From a candidate division FCPU426 bacterium (GTDB taxonomy: Bacteria; Oederibacteriota; Muellerivitia; Muellerivitales; Muellerivitaceae): a stretch of DNA of 64,000 nt. The DNA lies in the NCBI GenBank assembly GCA_963771075.1, contig CAVYSE010000006.1:64001-128000 (forward strand), in the 5' to 3' direction. The stretch's first letter is position 1, and every line of letters starts with the position of its first letter. The translations under genes were made by a program, and so were the position numbers. Below are positions 1 to 10,695 of the stretch, piece after piece. A model generated the notes under the pieces. The model saw only the letters and a list, made by a program, of their open reading frames with translations. It searched no databases and had not been told where the DNA came from.

Positions 1-96
1 CAAAAGATGACGGTCCCAGAAGTTGAAGCCTGTTTTGACCTCTCTTACCATGTGAGGAATGTGGACTATATCTTCAAAAGAGCCGGCATTCGCTAA
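1..96 (+). CDS. purB: C-terminal end of adenylosuccinate lyase (partial)
   Basis: Frame 1 reads QKMTVPEVEACFDLSYHVRNVDYIFKRAGIR*, typical PurB C-terminus, directly upstream of purS. Confidence 0.8.
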   Translation, partial: QKMTVPEVEACFDLSYHVRNVDYIFKRAGIR

Positions 97-112
97 ACCT
101 TAGGAGAAGAAC

Positions 113-367
113 ATGGCTTGGCACATCAATGTTTTTGTGACTCTCAAACCATCCGTCATGGACCCACAGGGGGCTACGGTCCAACGGGCCCTGAACCAAA
201 TGGGTTATCAGTTCGTGACGGGCGTGCGCATGGGCAAGTTCACGGAACTTGATTTCGACGGATCCCTGAATGAAGAAGAAGCCAAGGCAAAAGCCAATGA
301 GATCTGCGACAAATTGTTGGCCAACCCCAATATCGAATCCTACCGTTTCAGCCTGGACAAGAAATGA
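113..367 (+). CDS. purS: Phosphoribosylformylglycinamidine synthase subunit PurS
   Basis: [10 protein letters not shown] and LLANPNIE motifs; AGGAG RBS. Confidence 0.97.
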   Translation: MAWHINVFVTLKPSVMDPQGATVQRALNQMGYQFVTGVRMGKFTELDFDGSLNEEEAKAKANEICDKLLANPNIESYRFSLDKK

Positions 368-1065
368 GATTTTCCATCACTGTTTTCCCCGGTTCCAATT
401 GCGATCATGATTGCGAATACTCGGTGGGTGAAATCATGGGCCAACCGGTGGAGATGATCTGGCACAAGGACACCGACCTCAAGAAACCCGACTGCGTCGT
501 TGTTCCCGGAGGGTTTTCATATGGCGATTATTTGCGGACGGGTGCGATCGCCCGCTTTTCTCCGGTCTTGAAGTCGGTGGCTGATTTCGCCGCCCAGGGG
601 GGGCTGGTCATCGGAATATGCAATGGATTCCAAATTCTTTGTGAGGCGGGGTTACTGCCCGGAGCGCTTATTCGCAATAAGAGCCTTCAATTTATCTGCC
701 AGAACGTTTATATGCGCGTGGAGCAAACGAAAACCCCCTTTACCTCCGCCTGTAAACCGGGCCAAGTATTAAAACTCCCCATTGCCCACGGGGAAGGGAA
801 CTATTTCATTGACCCGGAAGGCATGAAAAAACTGGAAGATAAAGGATCTATTGTGGTGCGGTATTGCGATCCTCAAGGCGCCTTAACGGATGAGGCCAAT
901 CCCAACGGTTCACTCCAATCGGTGGCCGGTATTTGCAATGAAAACCGAAACGTTTTCGGCCTGATGCCTCATCCCGATCGTTCGTGTGAGGACGCGTTAG
1001 GAAGCCATGACGGCCTTTATATTTGGCAATCCATCCTGGCCTCGTGCACCGGAGCGGTCAAATGA
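364..1065 (+). CDS. purQ: FGAM synthase glutaminase subunit PurQ
   Basis: [36 protein letters not shown] overlap with purS. Confidence 0.98.
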   Translation: MRFSITVFPGSNCDHDCEYSVGEIMGQPVEMIWHKDTDLKKPDCVVVPGGFSYGDYLRTGAIARFSPVLKSVADFAAQGGLVIGICNGFQILCEAGLLPGALIRNKSLQFICQNVYMRVEQTKTPFTSACKPGQVLKLPIAHGEGNYFIDPEGMKKLEDKGSIVVRYCDPQGALTDEANPNGSLQSVAGICNENRNVFGLMPHPDRSCEDALGSHDGLYIWQSILASCTGAVK

Positions 1066-3284
1066 CCGACTCGAATTTCGAGATTACGCCCAAGATCATC
1101 AAAGAACATGGCCTTAAGGAAGAGGAATACAAGCGCATCTGCGACATTTTGGGGCGAACACCCAACCTCAACGAACTGGGCGTCTATTCGGTCATGTGGA
1201 GCGAGCATTGCGGGTACAAGCATTCCCGCGCGTTGTTAAAGACCCTGCCCACTAAAGGCCCCAAGGTTCTCCAAGGTCCGGGTGAGAACGCCGGCATCAT
1301 GGATATAGGGGAGGGTTGGGCCGTGGCCTTCAAGGTCGAGTCCCACAACCATCCTTCCGCCATCGAACCCTACCAGGGCGCGGCGACGGGCGTGGGCGGC
1401 ATTCTGCGCGATATTTTCACCATGGGCGCTCGGCCGGTGGCCAGCTTGAATTCTCTTCGTTTTGGATCCTTGTCCGACCCGAAGGTAAAGCGCTTGTTTG
1501 CCGGCGTGGTGCATGGGATCGCCGATTACGGGAACTGCATGGGCATCCCCACTGTGGCAGGTGAGGTGGTATTCGACGAAAGCTACGCCGAGAACTGCCT
1601 TGTGAACGCAATGAGCGTGGGCTTGGTCAAACACGACCAGATCATACGGGGCCGGGCCACCGGCAAAAACAACGCGGTGATATACATCGGGGCCACCACC
1701 GGCCGGGACGGTATACACGGCGCCACTTTCGCCTCAACCGAAATCACCGACGAGTCCACTGAAAAAAGGAGCGCGGTCCAAGTGGCCGATCCTTTCATGG
1801 AAAAATTGCTCATGGAAGCCACACTGGAGCTTATTCACGGGAATTATCTGGTGGGAATTCAAGACATGGGCGCGGCGGGCCTGACCTGCTCCACCTGTGA
1901 GATGGCCAGCCGGGGAGGTGCGGGCATTGAGATCGACGTGGCCAAGGTGCCCCAGCGTGAAAAGGGCATGTCGCCTTATGAGATTCTCCTCTCCGAGTCC
2001 CAGGAGCGCATGCTCCTGGTGGCCAAACCTGGTTTTGAGCAAAAGGTCCACGATATCCTGGCCAAATGGGACTTGCACGCGGCCACCATCGGTTTTGTGA
2101 CCGACACGGGAAGAATGGTCGTGAAGGAAAACGGGAAGGTCGTTGTGGATGTGCCCGCCGAATCCCTTACCGAGGCGCCGGTCTACCATCCCGCCAAGAG
2201 TGAACCCGGCATCCTGAAAGAACATCGCGAGTTCAATGAGTCCACAATCCCCGATTGCAACGATCCCTTGCGGGTTCTGAAAAGACTATTGTCCGATCCG
2301 ACCATCGCGAGTAAAAGATGGGTCTACCGCCAATACGACCACATGGTTCGTTCCAACACCCTTATTCGCCCCGGTTCGGACGCGGCAGTTATAAGGGTAA
2401 AGGGGACGAACTTTGGGTTGGCCATGACCATTGACGGCATTGGCTCCTACTGCGCATTGGACCCCTATGAGGGCGCTAAAATCGTGGTGGCCGAATCAGC
2501 GCGCAATATCGCCTGTTCGGGTGCCGAGCCGATCGGTATGACCGACTGCCTGAATTTCGGTAACCCCGAGAAACCCGAGGTTTTCTACTATTTTGACAAG
2601 GTTGTCTCCGGCCTGGGCGACGCCTGCAGGGGCCTTGGAATTCCCATCACTGGGGGCAATGTTTCCCTTTATAACGAAAACCCGACCGGGGCCATCGATC
2701 CCACTCCCATCTGCGGAATGATAGGCCTTTTCAAAAATGTGGGAAAAAGCGTCACCCAATGGTTCAAGGATGAGGGCGATGCGGTCTATCTGTTGGGCGA
2801 TATCGGGGATTCCATCGGGGGAAGCCGATACCTGCAGTTGGTTCACAATCGTAAAACCGGGCTGTGCCCCCGTTTAAACATCGATACTGAAAAAAAACTC
2901 CATCAGACGCTCATTCATGGAGCCGAAAAAGAACTCTTTCAAAGCGCCCATGATTGCTCGGACGGCGGCTTTGCCGTGGCTCTGGCTGAATGTTGTTTTA
3001 CGGGCGTGACCCACGAGAATAAAAGATTAGGCGTAAAGTCCACCCTGCCCGGTGAAGGTCGGTTGGATGGCCGTCTATTTGGGGAAGCCCAATCCCGCGC
3101 CATCGTTTCCTGCAGGCCCGCCAAGGCCGCTCAGGTGGAAGCCCTGGCTAAATCGTTCGGTGTTCCAATAACACCCATAGGCTTGGTTACAGGGGAGAAA
3201 TTGGAAATTGCGAACGTTTTAACCGCTCCGGTCGCGGAGTTGGGGGACTTGTTTTTCACATCCATTGAAAAGATGATGGGCTGA
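1062..3284 (+). CDS. purL: FGAM synthase subunit PurL (small type)
   Basis: [27 protein letters not shown]; start moved to ATG 1062 overlapping the purQ stop. Confidence 0.98.
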   Translation: MTDSNFEITPKIIKEHGLKEEEYKRICDILGRTPNLNELGVYSVMWSEHCGYKHSRALLKTLPTKGPKVLQGPGENAGIMDIGEGWAVAFKVESHNHPSAIEPYQGAATGVGGILRDIFTMGARPVASLNSLRFGSLSDPKVKRLFAGVVHGIADYGNCMGIPTVAGEVVFDESYAENCLVNAMSVGLVKHDQIIRGRATGKNNAVIYIGATTGRDGIHGATFASTEITDESTEKRSAVQVADPFMEKLLMEATLELIHGNYLVGIQDMGAAGLTCSTCEMASRGGAGIEIDVAKVPQREKGMSPYEILLSESQERMLLVAKPGFEQKVHDILAKWDLHAATIGFVTDTGRMVVKENGKVVVDVPAESLTEAPVYHPAKSEPGILKEHREFNESTIPDCNDPLRVLKRLLSDPTIASKRWVYRQYDHMVRSNTLIRPGSDAAVIRVKGTNFGLAMTIDGIGSYCALDPYEGAKIVVAESARNIACSGAEPIGMTDCLNFGNPEKPEVFYYFDKVVSGLGDACRGLGIPITGGNVSLYNENPTGAIDPTPICGMIGLFKNVGKSVTQWFKDEGDAVYLLGDIGDSIGGSRYLQLVHNRKTGLCPRLNIDTEKKLHQTLIHGAEKELFQSAHDCSDGGFAVALAECCFTGVTHENKRLGVKSTLPGEGRLDGRLFGEAQSRAIVSCRPAKAAQVEALAKSFGVPITPIGLVTGEKLEIANVLTAPVAELGDLFFTSIEKMMG

Positions 3285-3293
3285 TCAAAGAGT

Positions 3294-4727
3294 TTGCCCA
3301 AGGAGGATGGTTTGCCTTATTTCGCGGAAGATGACAAACCACACGATCAGTGCGGGGTTTTTGGTATTTGGGGTCACCCCGAATCCGCCAAGATCACCTA
3401 TCTGGGACTCCATTCCCTTCAACACCGGGGGCAGGAATCTGCGGGCATTTGCACCATGCAAAATGGCCAACTTTTTAACCACAAGCGTATGGGCCTGGTC
3501 GCCGATATTTTCCACGAAGAGGACTTCAAGAACCTGCCGGGTCCTGCCGCCATCGGCCATGTTCGCTACTCCACCACCGGTTCTTCCCAATTGCGCAATG
3601 CCCAGCCCATTGCCGTTGAATACGCCCGGGGTTCCATTGCCCTTGCCCACAATGGCAATTTGGTCAACGCCCGCCGAATTCGGGACGAACTCGAGGCCAG
3701 AGGTTCCATTTTTGTTTCCACGGTCGATTCGGAGGTCATCATCCATCTCCTGGCCCGATCCAGCAGTCACACCCTCATCGAGAGTCTGATCGAGTCTCTG
3801 AAGAAAGTCCGGGGGGCCTATTCCTTGCTGGTACTTTCCGATGAGGGGCTCATCGGCATGCGCGACCCAAACGGATTCCGTCCCCTCTGCCTGGGGAAAT
3901 TGGATAACGCCTGGGTTTTGGCAAGCGAAACCTGCGCTTTCGACATTATCGATGCCAAGTATGTTCGCGACGTGGAGCCAGGAGAGATCGTCCTGATTAA
4001 TGAAAACGGACTCGTCTCTATTAAACCCTTTGAGGAAGTCCCGCATGCCTCCTGTATTTTCGAATACATCTATTTCGCCAGGCCTGATTCGCGTATTTAC
4101 AACACCAGTGTGCAAAAGGTGCGCAAACGCCTGGGTGCTATCCTAGCCCAAGAATCGGCCGTACCTGCGGACGTGGTAGTGCCCGTGCCGGACTCCTCCA
4201 ACATGGCCGCCACCGGTTTCGCAGAAGCATCTAAGATTCCATACGAAATGGGTCTAATCCGAAACCATTACATTGGCCGTACCTTTATTGAACCTAACCA
4301 GGCCATCCGTGATTTTGGAGCCCGGTTGAAATACAATCCGGTACGCGAATCATTGGAAGGGAAGCGAGTTATTCTTATAGACGATTCCATTGTCCGTGGA
4401 ACCACCATGCGCAAGATCGTGAAGATGCTCCGCAATGTGGGGGCCAAGGAGATTCATCTACGAATTACCTCACCCGCCATCATATCGCCCTGTTTTTACG
4501 GGATGGATTTTCCGAGCCGAAAGGAGCTTATCGCCGCTACCCACAATTTGGATGAGATCAGGACCTACCTGCGGGTGGATAGTATCGCTTATCTCTCCGT
4601 CGCCGGCATGATGAAGGCGGTGGAAGGTACGCCCCAGGGTCATTGCACTGCCTGTTTTACGAGTCAATATCCCGTTCCATTTGATGAGGAAACTGAGAAA
4701 TACAGCCTTGAAGTGGCGAAGTGCTGA
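3294..4727 (+). CDS. purF: Amidophosphoribosyltransferase (propeptide, Fe-S type)
   Basis: CGVFG after propeptide, LQHRGQES, DDSIVRGTT, CFYGMD, CTACF. Confidence 0.98.
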   Translation: MPKEDGLPYFAEDDKPHDQCGVFGIWGHPESAKITYLGLHSLQHRGQESAGICTMQNGQLFNHKRMGLVADIFHEEDFKNLPGPAAIGHVRYSTTGSSQLRNAQPIAVEYARGSIALAHNGNLVNARRIRDELEARGSIFVSTVDSEVIIHLLARSSSHTLIESLIESLKKVRGAYSLLVLSDEGLIGMRDPNGFRPLCLGKLDNAWVLASETCAFDIIDAKYVRDVEPGEIVLINENGLVSIKPFEEVPHASCIFEYIYFARPDSRIYNTSVQKVRKRLGAILAQESAVPADVVVPVPDSSNMAATGFAEASKIPYEMGLIRNHYIGRTFIEPNQAIRDFGARLKYNPVRESLEGKRVILIDDSIVRGTTMRKIVKMLRNVGAKEIHLRITSPAIISPCFYGMDFPSRKELIAATHNLDEIRTYLRVDSIAYLSVAGMMKAVEGTPQGHCTACFTSQYPVPFDEETEKYSLEVAKC

Positions 4728-4810
4728 AAATATAAAAGGTTTTGCCCTTTCGGTTATAAAGGTTTATCGTTTGCGGAAGGCCTCTTTTAGGCGGGACCGC
4801 GTGAACGGAC

Positions 4811-6109
4811 CTAGCCCGCCTTGACGACCCGATTCCTTCCAGCTTCCTTGGCCTCGTAAAGCGCCTTATCTGCCCTTTTGATTACATCGTGGTAGTCAAT
4901 TGAATTTTTTTTATGTTCGGCGATCCCGACACTGATAGTGATCTGGACCTTTTTTCCGCGGGGTTGTTCCTCAGCGGGTTCTTCGGGTCTTTCATCGCCT
5001 CGACGGCTTTTGTGCCGCAAGGAGAACTTCCGTTTGGCCAGGGATTCCCGAGTTTTTTCCATTTGGGATTCCGCCTCGTCCTTCTTTTCCTTCTCGAACA
5101 CGACGCAAAACTCCTCGCCTCCGTAGCGGTAGATGTCTTTTCCCAAATGTCCCTGCAGATGCTGGGCCACCATGCGCAGCACATGGTCCCCTTCGGCGTG
5201 TCCGTAGGTATCGTTGAATTTCTTGAAATGGTCAATGTCCACCATGGCCAAGGCATAGGTCCCATGAAGGGTATGGAGACGGTCATCCAGGGCCTGTCGG
5301 TTAGGAACCCCGGTTAAGGGGTCTAGATATACCCGGTTCCAGTACATGCGAAGGATCACATGTAAAAACACAAAAGAAAGAACCAAGTAGCAACTGGTGA
5401 CCAGGAACCGGTTGGTGGGTTGAAAGGATGGGTCTGTCGGGGTCAGGGAAAGGTAAAGGGCTAGGTAAAGGGGTACGCGAGTGATGTAAAAGGCGAGGAG
5501 GAAAGGCTTGATCTTCGAGTCATCCAGAAAATAGATCAGGGCCGCGAATAACAACAAGGTCAGGATGGCCAACTCGGGCCAAACGGCCAGGGAACCGCCC
5601 AGGTATTTCCAGTGCAGGACCTTTTTATGGATATCGGGCGCCCAACCGGAAAGGGCCGCCAAGACAAGCAATGGGGAGGAGGCTAGGGCAATCCGGCTAA
5701 TGGAATGTTCACTCAAAAGACGACATTCCTTGATCGAAAAAAGGATAAGCCAGAAAAGTGGAAGACCCGCGGAAAGAATGTCAAAAGTAGTAACCCGATC
5801 CGTCGAGAGAGCGACTACCTTCGAGGGGTCTAATAGATATATATATAGGAATAGGTCCGTTAATACGGCCCAAAAAACCCTTGTTTGGTTGATTTGCCAG
5901 CCGAGAAGGGCCACGATCCCTAAAAGAAGATATGGGGTATAAACGAAAAAAGTATTCAGCGGTGTGGAAGAGATCCTGGGGAATAGAAGATTTTGAAGCA
6001 AAAAGAGAATCAATGGCAAAACACTAAGTCCCAGGTAAATGAGAACCCATTGGCTAGTTAATGTTTTGGCCTTTGGCATCCGCCGCCCCTTGATGACTTG
6101 GTCAATCAA
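4811..6109 (-). CDS. Membrane-bound diguanylate cyclase (GGDEF)
   Basis: Multiple TM helices, then DPLTG, DIDHFKKFNDTYGH, RYGGEEF; start may be ATG 6079. Confidence 0.93.
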   Translation of the reverse strand: MIDQVIKGRRMPKAKTLTSQWVLIYLGLSVLPLILFLLQNLLFPRISSTPLNTFFVYTPYLLLGIVALLGWQINQTRVFWAVLTDLFLYIYLLDPSKVVALSTDRVTTFDILSAGLPLFWLILFSIKECRLLSEHSISRIALASSPLLVLAALSGWAPDIHKKVLHWKYLGGSLAVWPELAILTLLLFAALIYFLDDSKIKPFLLAFYITRVPLYLALYLSLTPTDPSFQPTNRFLVTSCYLVLSFVFLHVILRMYWNRVYLDPLTGVPNRQALDDRLHTLHGTYALAMVDIDHFKKFNDTYGHAEGDHVLRMVAQHLQGHLGKDIYRYGGEEFCVVFEKEKKDEAESQMEKTRESLAKRKFSLRHKSRRGDERPEEPAEEQPRGKKVQITISVGIAEHKKNSIDYHDVIKRADKALYEAKEAGRNRVVKAG

Positions 6110-6236
6110 AATCTGGCATCATCTAACCAAAGGCGTAAGAGAATGTAAATGGAACCATCATTCTCTTTTGGCTATTGGTTTACTGCGAGCATCACTCTAT
6201 ATATTGTGTGGCGCGACATGAACGGAGGAGGAAGTA

Positions 6237-6725
6237 ATGGAATTTAATGCGTCATTGAAAGATCACTTCATCAAATTGCTTGCCTACGATCAATGGGCGA
6301 ACGGCCTATTGCTCAAGGACATGGAAGCCCTGCCGACGCCCGACCCCATCGCGCTGGCAAGGATGTCCCATATTCTCACCGCCGAGGATATATGGTTGAC
6401 CCGTCTCGAAGGTCGGGACAGTTTGGGATTCACCACGACTTGGGTGGACCGCTCCCTGGCCGAATGCAGGGAAAAACTATCCGAATTGGCAAAAAGATGG
6501 ACGGACTATTTGTCCCGCTTGGAGGATAAGGAATTCGGGAGGATTGTTTCTTACAAGAACACGAAGGGACAAGCCTATCAGATGGCGGCCGGCGGAATCC
6601 TGACCCAGGTTTTCGACCACGGCAGCTACCACCGGGGCCAGATCGCGACGGCCATCAAAAAGGGGGGCGGAGAACCCCACAGTCCGGGCTTCTATGGTTT
6701 TGTCTTGGATCAAGAAAACAAATAA
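6237..6725 (+). CDS. DinB/YfiT family protein
   Basis: HILTAEDIWLTRL and HGSYHRGQI motifs; GGAGG RBS. Confidence 0.9.
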   Translation: MEFNASLKDHFIKLLAYDQWANGLLLKDMEALPTPDPIALARMSHILTAEDIWLTRLEGRDSLGFTTTWVDRSLAECREKLSELAKRWTDYLSRLEDKEFGRIVSYKNTKGQAYQMAAGGILTQVFDHGSYHRGQIATAIKKGGGEPHSPGFYGFVLDQENK

Positions 6726-6873
6726 GGACGGTCATCGCGTGATGGGTTTAGGGTTTTTACAGGGAGCCCCAGGTTAGACGGGGAACGATACATCGATTAT
6801 CCCTTGTTCTCCGCTCCACCTCCCTTTACGATATGCGAACGATGCAAAATTTCAACGACCATGAACCGTTCAA

Positions 6874-7929
6874 TTGGGGGAACCCTTGAAACAGATCTCT
6901 TACGAGGATGCTGGAGTCAATATTGATAAGGGCAACGAGTCCGTCCAGCGCATCAAACAGCTGGTCAGAAAAACCTTTAACACTTCCGTCCTTTCCGATA
7001 TCGGTTTATTTGGGGGTCTTTTCGAGTTCGACACCACTCGGTATAAAAAACCGGTACTCGTTTCTTCCACGGACGGAGTAGGCACCAAGACCCAGATCGG
7101 CGTGGAGATGAACAGGTTTAGGGGCCTGGGAGCGGATATCGTGGGTCATTCCATCAATGACATTTTGGTCCAGGGCGCCAAACCGCTTTTCTTTCTTGAT
7201 TACCTGGCCGCCGGAAAGTTGGAAGTGGATGTGGTGGCCGAAATTGTATCCGGTATGACGGATGAATGCGTCAAGGCAGGGCTAGTCCTCATTGGTGGGG
7301 AAACGGCGGAAATGCCATCGGTGTACAAAGAGGGGGATTACGATATCGCCGGAACTATCGTGGGGGTCGTGGAAAAGGACAAGGTTATTCGCGGCCTAAA
7401 CGTGGCACCCGGCGACGTGGTGATCGGCCTGCCGTCGGTTTCGCTCCATACGAACGGATATTCCCTGGCACGCAAATTAGTCAAGGAAGTGGCGGGCCTA
7501 AAATATACCGATAGGGTGGCCGAATTGGGCGGGGTCATCGGCGAACAACTGTTGATTCCCCATAAAAGCTATTTCCATGAGATTTACCCCATCTTGGACA
7601 GGGTCGAGGTGAAAGCGATGGCCCATATCACTGGTGGTGGGCTGATCGATAACCCACCCAGGGTTCTCCCTGATGGCCGCCGCATAAGGTTCAAGAAGGG
7701 TTCCTGGCCTATCCCGCCACTTTTTCGCTGGATGGTCAAGACAGGGAACCTCTCTGAGTTTGAGTCCTACCGGTCCCTCAACATGGGCATCGGGATGATC
7801 TTGCTGGTGGGAAAGGTGGAGGCAGAAAAGGCTCTTGGTGAACTCAAAAAGAACGGCGCCGAACCTTTCACTATCGGGGAAGTCATTGCGGGTAACCGTG
7901 GGGTTGAGTTCGACTCGCCGCTCAGCTAA
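6874..7929 (+). CDS. purM: Phosphoribosylformylglycinamidine cyclo-ligase
   Basis: YEDAGVNID, STDGVGTK, GGETAEMP, HTNGYSL, AHITGGG. Confidence 0.98.
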   Translation: MGEPLKQISYEDAGVNIDKGNESVQRIKQLVRKTFNTSVLSDIGLFGGLFEFDTTRYKKPVLVSSTDGVGTKTQIGVEMNRFRGLGADIVGHSINDILVQGAKPLFFLDYLAAGKLEVDVVAEIVSGMTDECVKAGLVLIGGETAEMPSVYKEGDYDIAGTIVGVVEKDKVIRGLNVAPGDVVIGLPSVSLHTNGYSLARKLVKEVAGLKYTDRVAELGGVIGEQLLIPHKSYFHEIYPILDRVEVKAMAHITGGGLIDNPPRVLPDGRRIRFKKGSWPIPPLFRWMVKTGNLSEFESYRSLNMGIGMILLVGKVEAEKALGELKKNGAEPFTIGEVIAGNRGVEFDSPLS

Positions 7930-7958
7930 GTAAATCGAATAGGGTTTTTGGGTGAGAT

Positions 7959-8186
7959 TTAGGAGTCGCTATTCAGTTCGGTTGGCGGTTGGGACCCATC
8001 CTTCCCTTTACCCGTTTTTTTAATTTCCTTTTGAATTTCGAACTTATTCGTCACCCGCATGAAGCATTTGGGACAAATGCCATGGGTCTTCGATGGATCG
8101 TCGAAGGGTTCTTTTTCTCCCATCATGGAGTTGCAATAGGCGCAAATAATGAGCATGGGCACTATCATCCCTATGTGAAAAAACAA
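7959..8186 (-). CDS. Small putative zinc-binding protein (CxxC...HGICxxC)
   Basis: CAYC...THGICPKC; true start probably ATG 8156. Confidence 0.6.
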   Translation of the reverse strand: MFFHIGMIVPMLIICAYCNSMMGEKEPFDDPSKTHGICPKCFMRVTNKFEIQKEIKKTGKGKDGSQPPTELNSDS

Positions 8187-8344
8187 AAAAAATACTAATA
8201 GACCTGGAAAAAGGCCAGTCGATTACCCGATTAAATTAATGGCTCTTTTGTTGCGTTCAAAGGGTCGTTTCTTGAGTGTTATTCGCATGACCAAAAGTCC
8301 ATGAAAGGTTTTTTGAAATTTATAAGCATTGGCATAATCTCAAG

Positions 8345-8359
8345 GGCATATATGTTGCA
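8345..8359 (+). promoter_or_regulatory. Possible sigma-54 promoter
   Basis: GGCATATATGTTGCA = GG-N10-GC. Confidence 0.35.
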
Positions 8360-8586
8360 ACTTCTTAAGGTGGATAATCCGTAGGAATAGAATTTTTTCT
8401 AGATCCTGTTATTAGATTTTATGGTCATTTCATATTCGCTTTAATGGAGAAGTCTTAGCTCGCAGGTTGGTAAATAAATGGCAAAGCCTACATTTCTGTA
8501 GGTCCAAGAGACTAGGACTTCCAACCATCCTTATGATCAATGTTATAATTTCGCCGTAAGACTTATTAAAAAATTTTAGGGATATT

Positions 8587-9210
8587 TTGATGGCGCATGA
8601 GTACAAGTTTATGGGAACCCCCGAAGAATGGTTGATTCGGGCCAAAAGCAATCTGGCCATGGCGCGCCAACCCAAACTGGACCAAATCCTATTCGAGGAT
8701 TATTGCTATCAAGCCCATCAAGCAGCTGAAAAGGCCCTCAAGGCTATTTATCGAAGCCGGGGAATCGTATTCGGGGACGAGGAGGATATCGGAAAACTCT
8801 TGAAAGGACTCGAAAAAAAAGGATTGGTTCCCCCGCCTGAAGTCCTGGGATCGAGCCGTTTGACCCAATACCTTACCCATACGCGTATTCCAGGGAGGGC
8901 GGAGCCGGTGGACGAAAATGAATTTCAAAAAGCCCTGGGGCTGGCCCAGGGGGTGGTGTCCTGGGCCGGCCAATTTATCCAGCTCAAAAAACAAACACTT
9001 GAGAGTAAACCACCTGATACCCATTCACTCGTCTTATCCGAGCCCTCTTGGTCCGCGAACGACTCCTATGAATTAAAAAAAGAAAACACACCTGTCGGCC
9101 TGATGGCTATCCAAAAGAAAAAAATGAAAAAGGCCGAGAAACCGTTGATATCAAAACTTAAAACCAAGATCGGGAGTTCAACCCGCAAGGTAAATCGCGG
9201 AAAGAAGTAG
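8587..9210 (+). CDS. HEPN domain protein with basic C-terminal extension
   Basis: EWLIRAKSNL...CYQAHQAAEKALKA...TRIPG pattern of the HEPN (MNT-associated) family. Confidence 0.85.
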   Translation: MMAHEYKFMGTPEEWLIRAKSNLAMARQPKLDQILFEDYCYQAHQAAEKALKAIYRSRGIVFGDEEDIGKLLKGLEKKGLVPPPEVLGSSRLTQYLTHTRIPGRAEPVDENEFQKALGLAQGVVSWAGQFIQLKKQTLESKPPDTHSLVLSEPSWSANDSYELKKENTPVGLMAIQKKKMKKAEKPLISKLKTKIGSSTRKVNRGKK

Positions 9211-9323
9211 GTTTATTTGCCTTCAAATAACAATTTTTGACCTGAATTGATGGGAAACTTTCTTCAAGACATCCCCGTCTAATTAACAAGAAGTTCATTG
9301 TAAAATTACCTAGGAGGGCAGTC

Positions 9324-9734
9324 ATGAAGAAGCTATTGTCGCTGGTTCTGTCGCTGTTCGTCGCCTCAATCACGGGCAGGGCCTTGGCTCAAGCTCCTGT
9401 CACCCATCCGCACCCCCATCCCCGAATCCATGAAGTCCACCACCGCATGAATGACCAGTTCGTTCGCATTGAGGCGGGCCTCAAGTCTGGCAAATTGACC
9501 CAGGCGCAAGCGGACCAGCTTAAGGCCCAGCTTAAGGCTGTGCAGGCGCAGATGGACGCCGACTACAAGACCAACGGAAAGCGCATGTTGACCGTGGACC
9601 AGAAGAAACAGCTCAACGAGATGCTGGACCAGAATTCCAAAATCATTTACGACGAGAAGCATCCTGAAGGCGGCGAGCCTCCTGCCGCAGGGAACAAAGG
9701 TGCGGCCCCGGGTGCTCCGGCCGCGGCCAATTAA
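9324..9734 (+). CDS. Secreted helical hypothetical protein
   Basis: Signal peptide ALA-Q; RIEAGLKSGKLTQAQA; AGGAGG RBS. Confidence 0.8.
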   Translation: MKKLLSLVLSLFVASITGRALAQAPVTHPHPHPRIHEVHHRMNDQFVRIEAGLKSGKLTQAQADQLKAQLKAVQAQMDADYKTNGKRMLTVDQKKQLNEMLDQNSKIIYDEKHPEGGEPPAAGNKGAAPGAPAAAN

Positions 9735-9752
9735 TAGTCACTTTACATTTGG

Positions 9753-9787
9753 AAAAAGCCGGTGGGTCAAATCCACCGGCTTTTTTT
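9753..9787. terminator. Bidirectional intrinsic terminator
   Basis: AAAAAGCCGGTGG-loop-CCACCGGCTTTTTTT. Confidence 0.85.
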
Positions 9788-10034
9788 CTTGTCCATCTGC
9801 GTAAATGTCACAAACCCCAACTCTCGCCTTTAGCGCCATAGTGAAGCCGATTCCCAAAATGACGGATAGGGAAATCCAAGCCCTTTTCACCTGAAACCTC
9901 GGGCTATTTTTACTCCCATTTGACAATCCCTCGGTTTAGAGGGATATTCAACACAAGGGATGTGACAAAAAAAGTTCTTTTCATCCTTTTTTTGGAGCAT
10001 GACTGGTTACAACAACGCCAACGATGAGTGATCC

Positions 10035-10568
10035 ATGCCCAACGAAAACTATATTGACGCGCAAAATATTGAAGACAATAAGTACGCGATTCCCCTGAAA
10101 GAATTGTCCAAATTCGCGGTGGTGGTAAAGGCCAAAGCGGATGACCGGGACGAACTGGTCACGAAGATCAAATCGTTCTTGGGTGACCTGAAATGGCATA
10201 TTGCCGCTGGTGTCTTTCACGAAACACAGACTCAAACCCGCTACGTCATGGACGAATTCGGTTTCGTTTACCAAAAGGGATTGAGCCTTGAAGATGAGGC
10301 CAAGCTCCAGGAATGTTCCGAAGCGACCTGCAAGCTCGACAACGGGCTGGGGTTTTGGATCCGCAAGGTCGAGAAGTCTACCTACTACCTGACCCACAAC
10401 CAATTAACAGGCAAAAGCTACGCGTCTCCCGCCATGAAATTCGAGTTGGAAAGGGCTCAAAGCCTCGACAGCATGGAAAATTTCAAGCTGAAGATCAAAC
10501 CCATCGGTTATGACAAACGAAAAGATATTCCCTCCGGCAAGCCCAATCCCCGCTCGTTGATTCGGTAA
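10035..10568 (+). CDS. Hypothetical protein
   Basis: 177-aa ORF with native-looking codon usage; TTGACA upstream at about 9920; no family recognised. Confidence 0.7.
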   Translation: MPNENYIDAQNIEDNKYAIPLKELSKFAVVVKAKADDRDELVTKIKSFLGDLKWHIAAGVFHETQTQTRYVMDEFGFVYQKGLSLEDEAKLQECSEATCKLDNGLGFWIRKVEKSTYYLTHNQLTGKSYASPAMKFELERAQSLDSMENFKLKIKPIGYDKRKDIPSGKPNPRSLIR

Positions 10569-10695
10569 TCTCCGATTCCGTTCGCCCCCCTGTTGCCAAT
10601 TCACTGACCGTTAGCTCGGCTACCACCAAAGATTTTTTGTTTTACTTATTCCTCAAAATGATTTTCAATTACCGGACTCTCAAGGAGGCTTCTAC

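Noticed and set aside
3285..4115. Long antisense ORFs (also 10699-11790, 27600-28481 and others)
   Set aside because: Shadows of well-supported genes on the opposite strand
6730..6870. ZTP or purine riboswitch upstream of purM
   Set aside because: Only CAGGGAGC resembles the pfl motif; GACTGGCG and CGCCTGGG elements are absent
8475..8525. c-di-GMP-I riboswitch (GGCAAAGCCTACA...TGTAGG)
   Set aside because: No GNRA tetraloop/receptor or second stem
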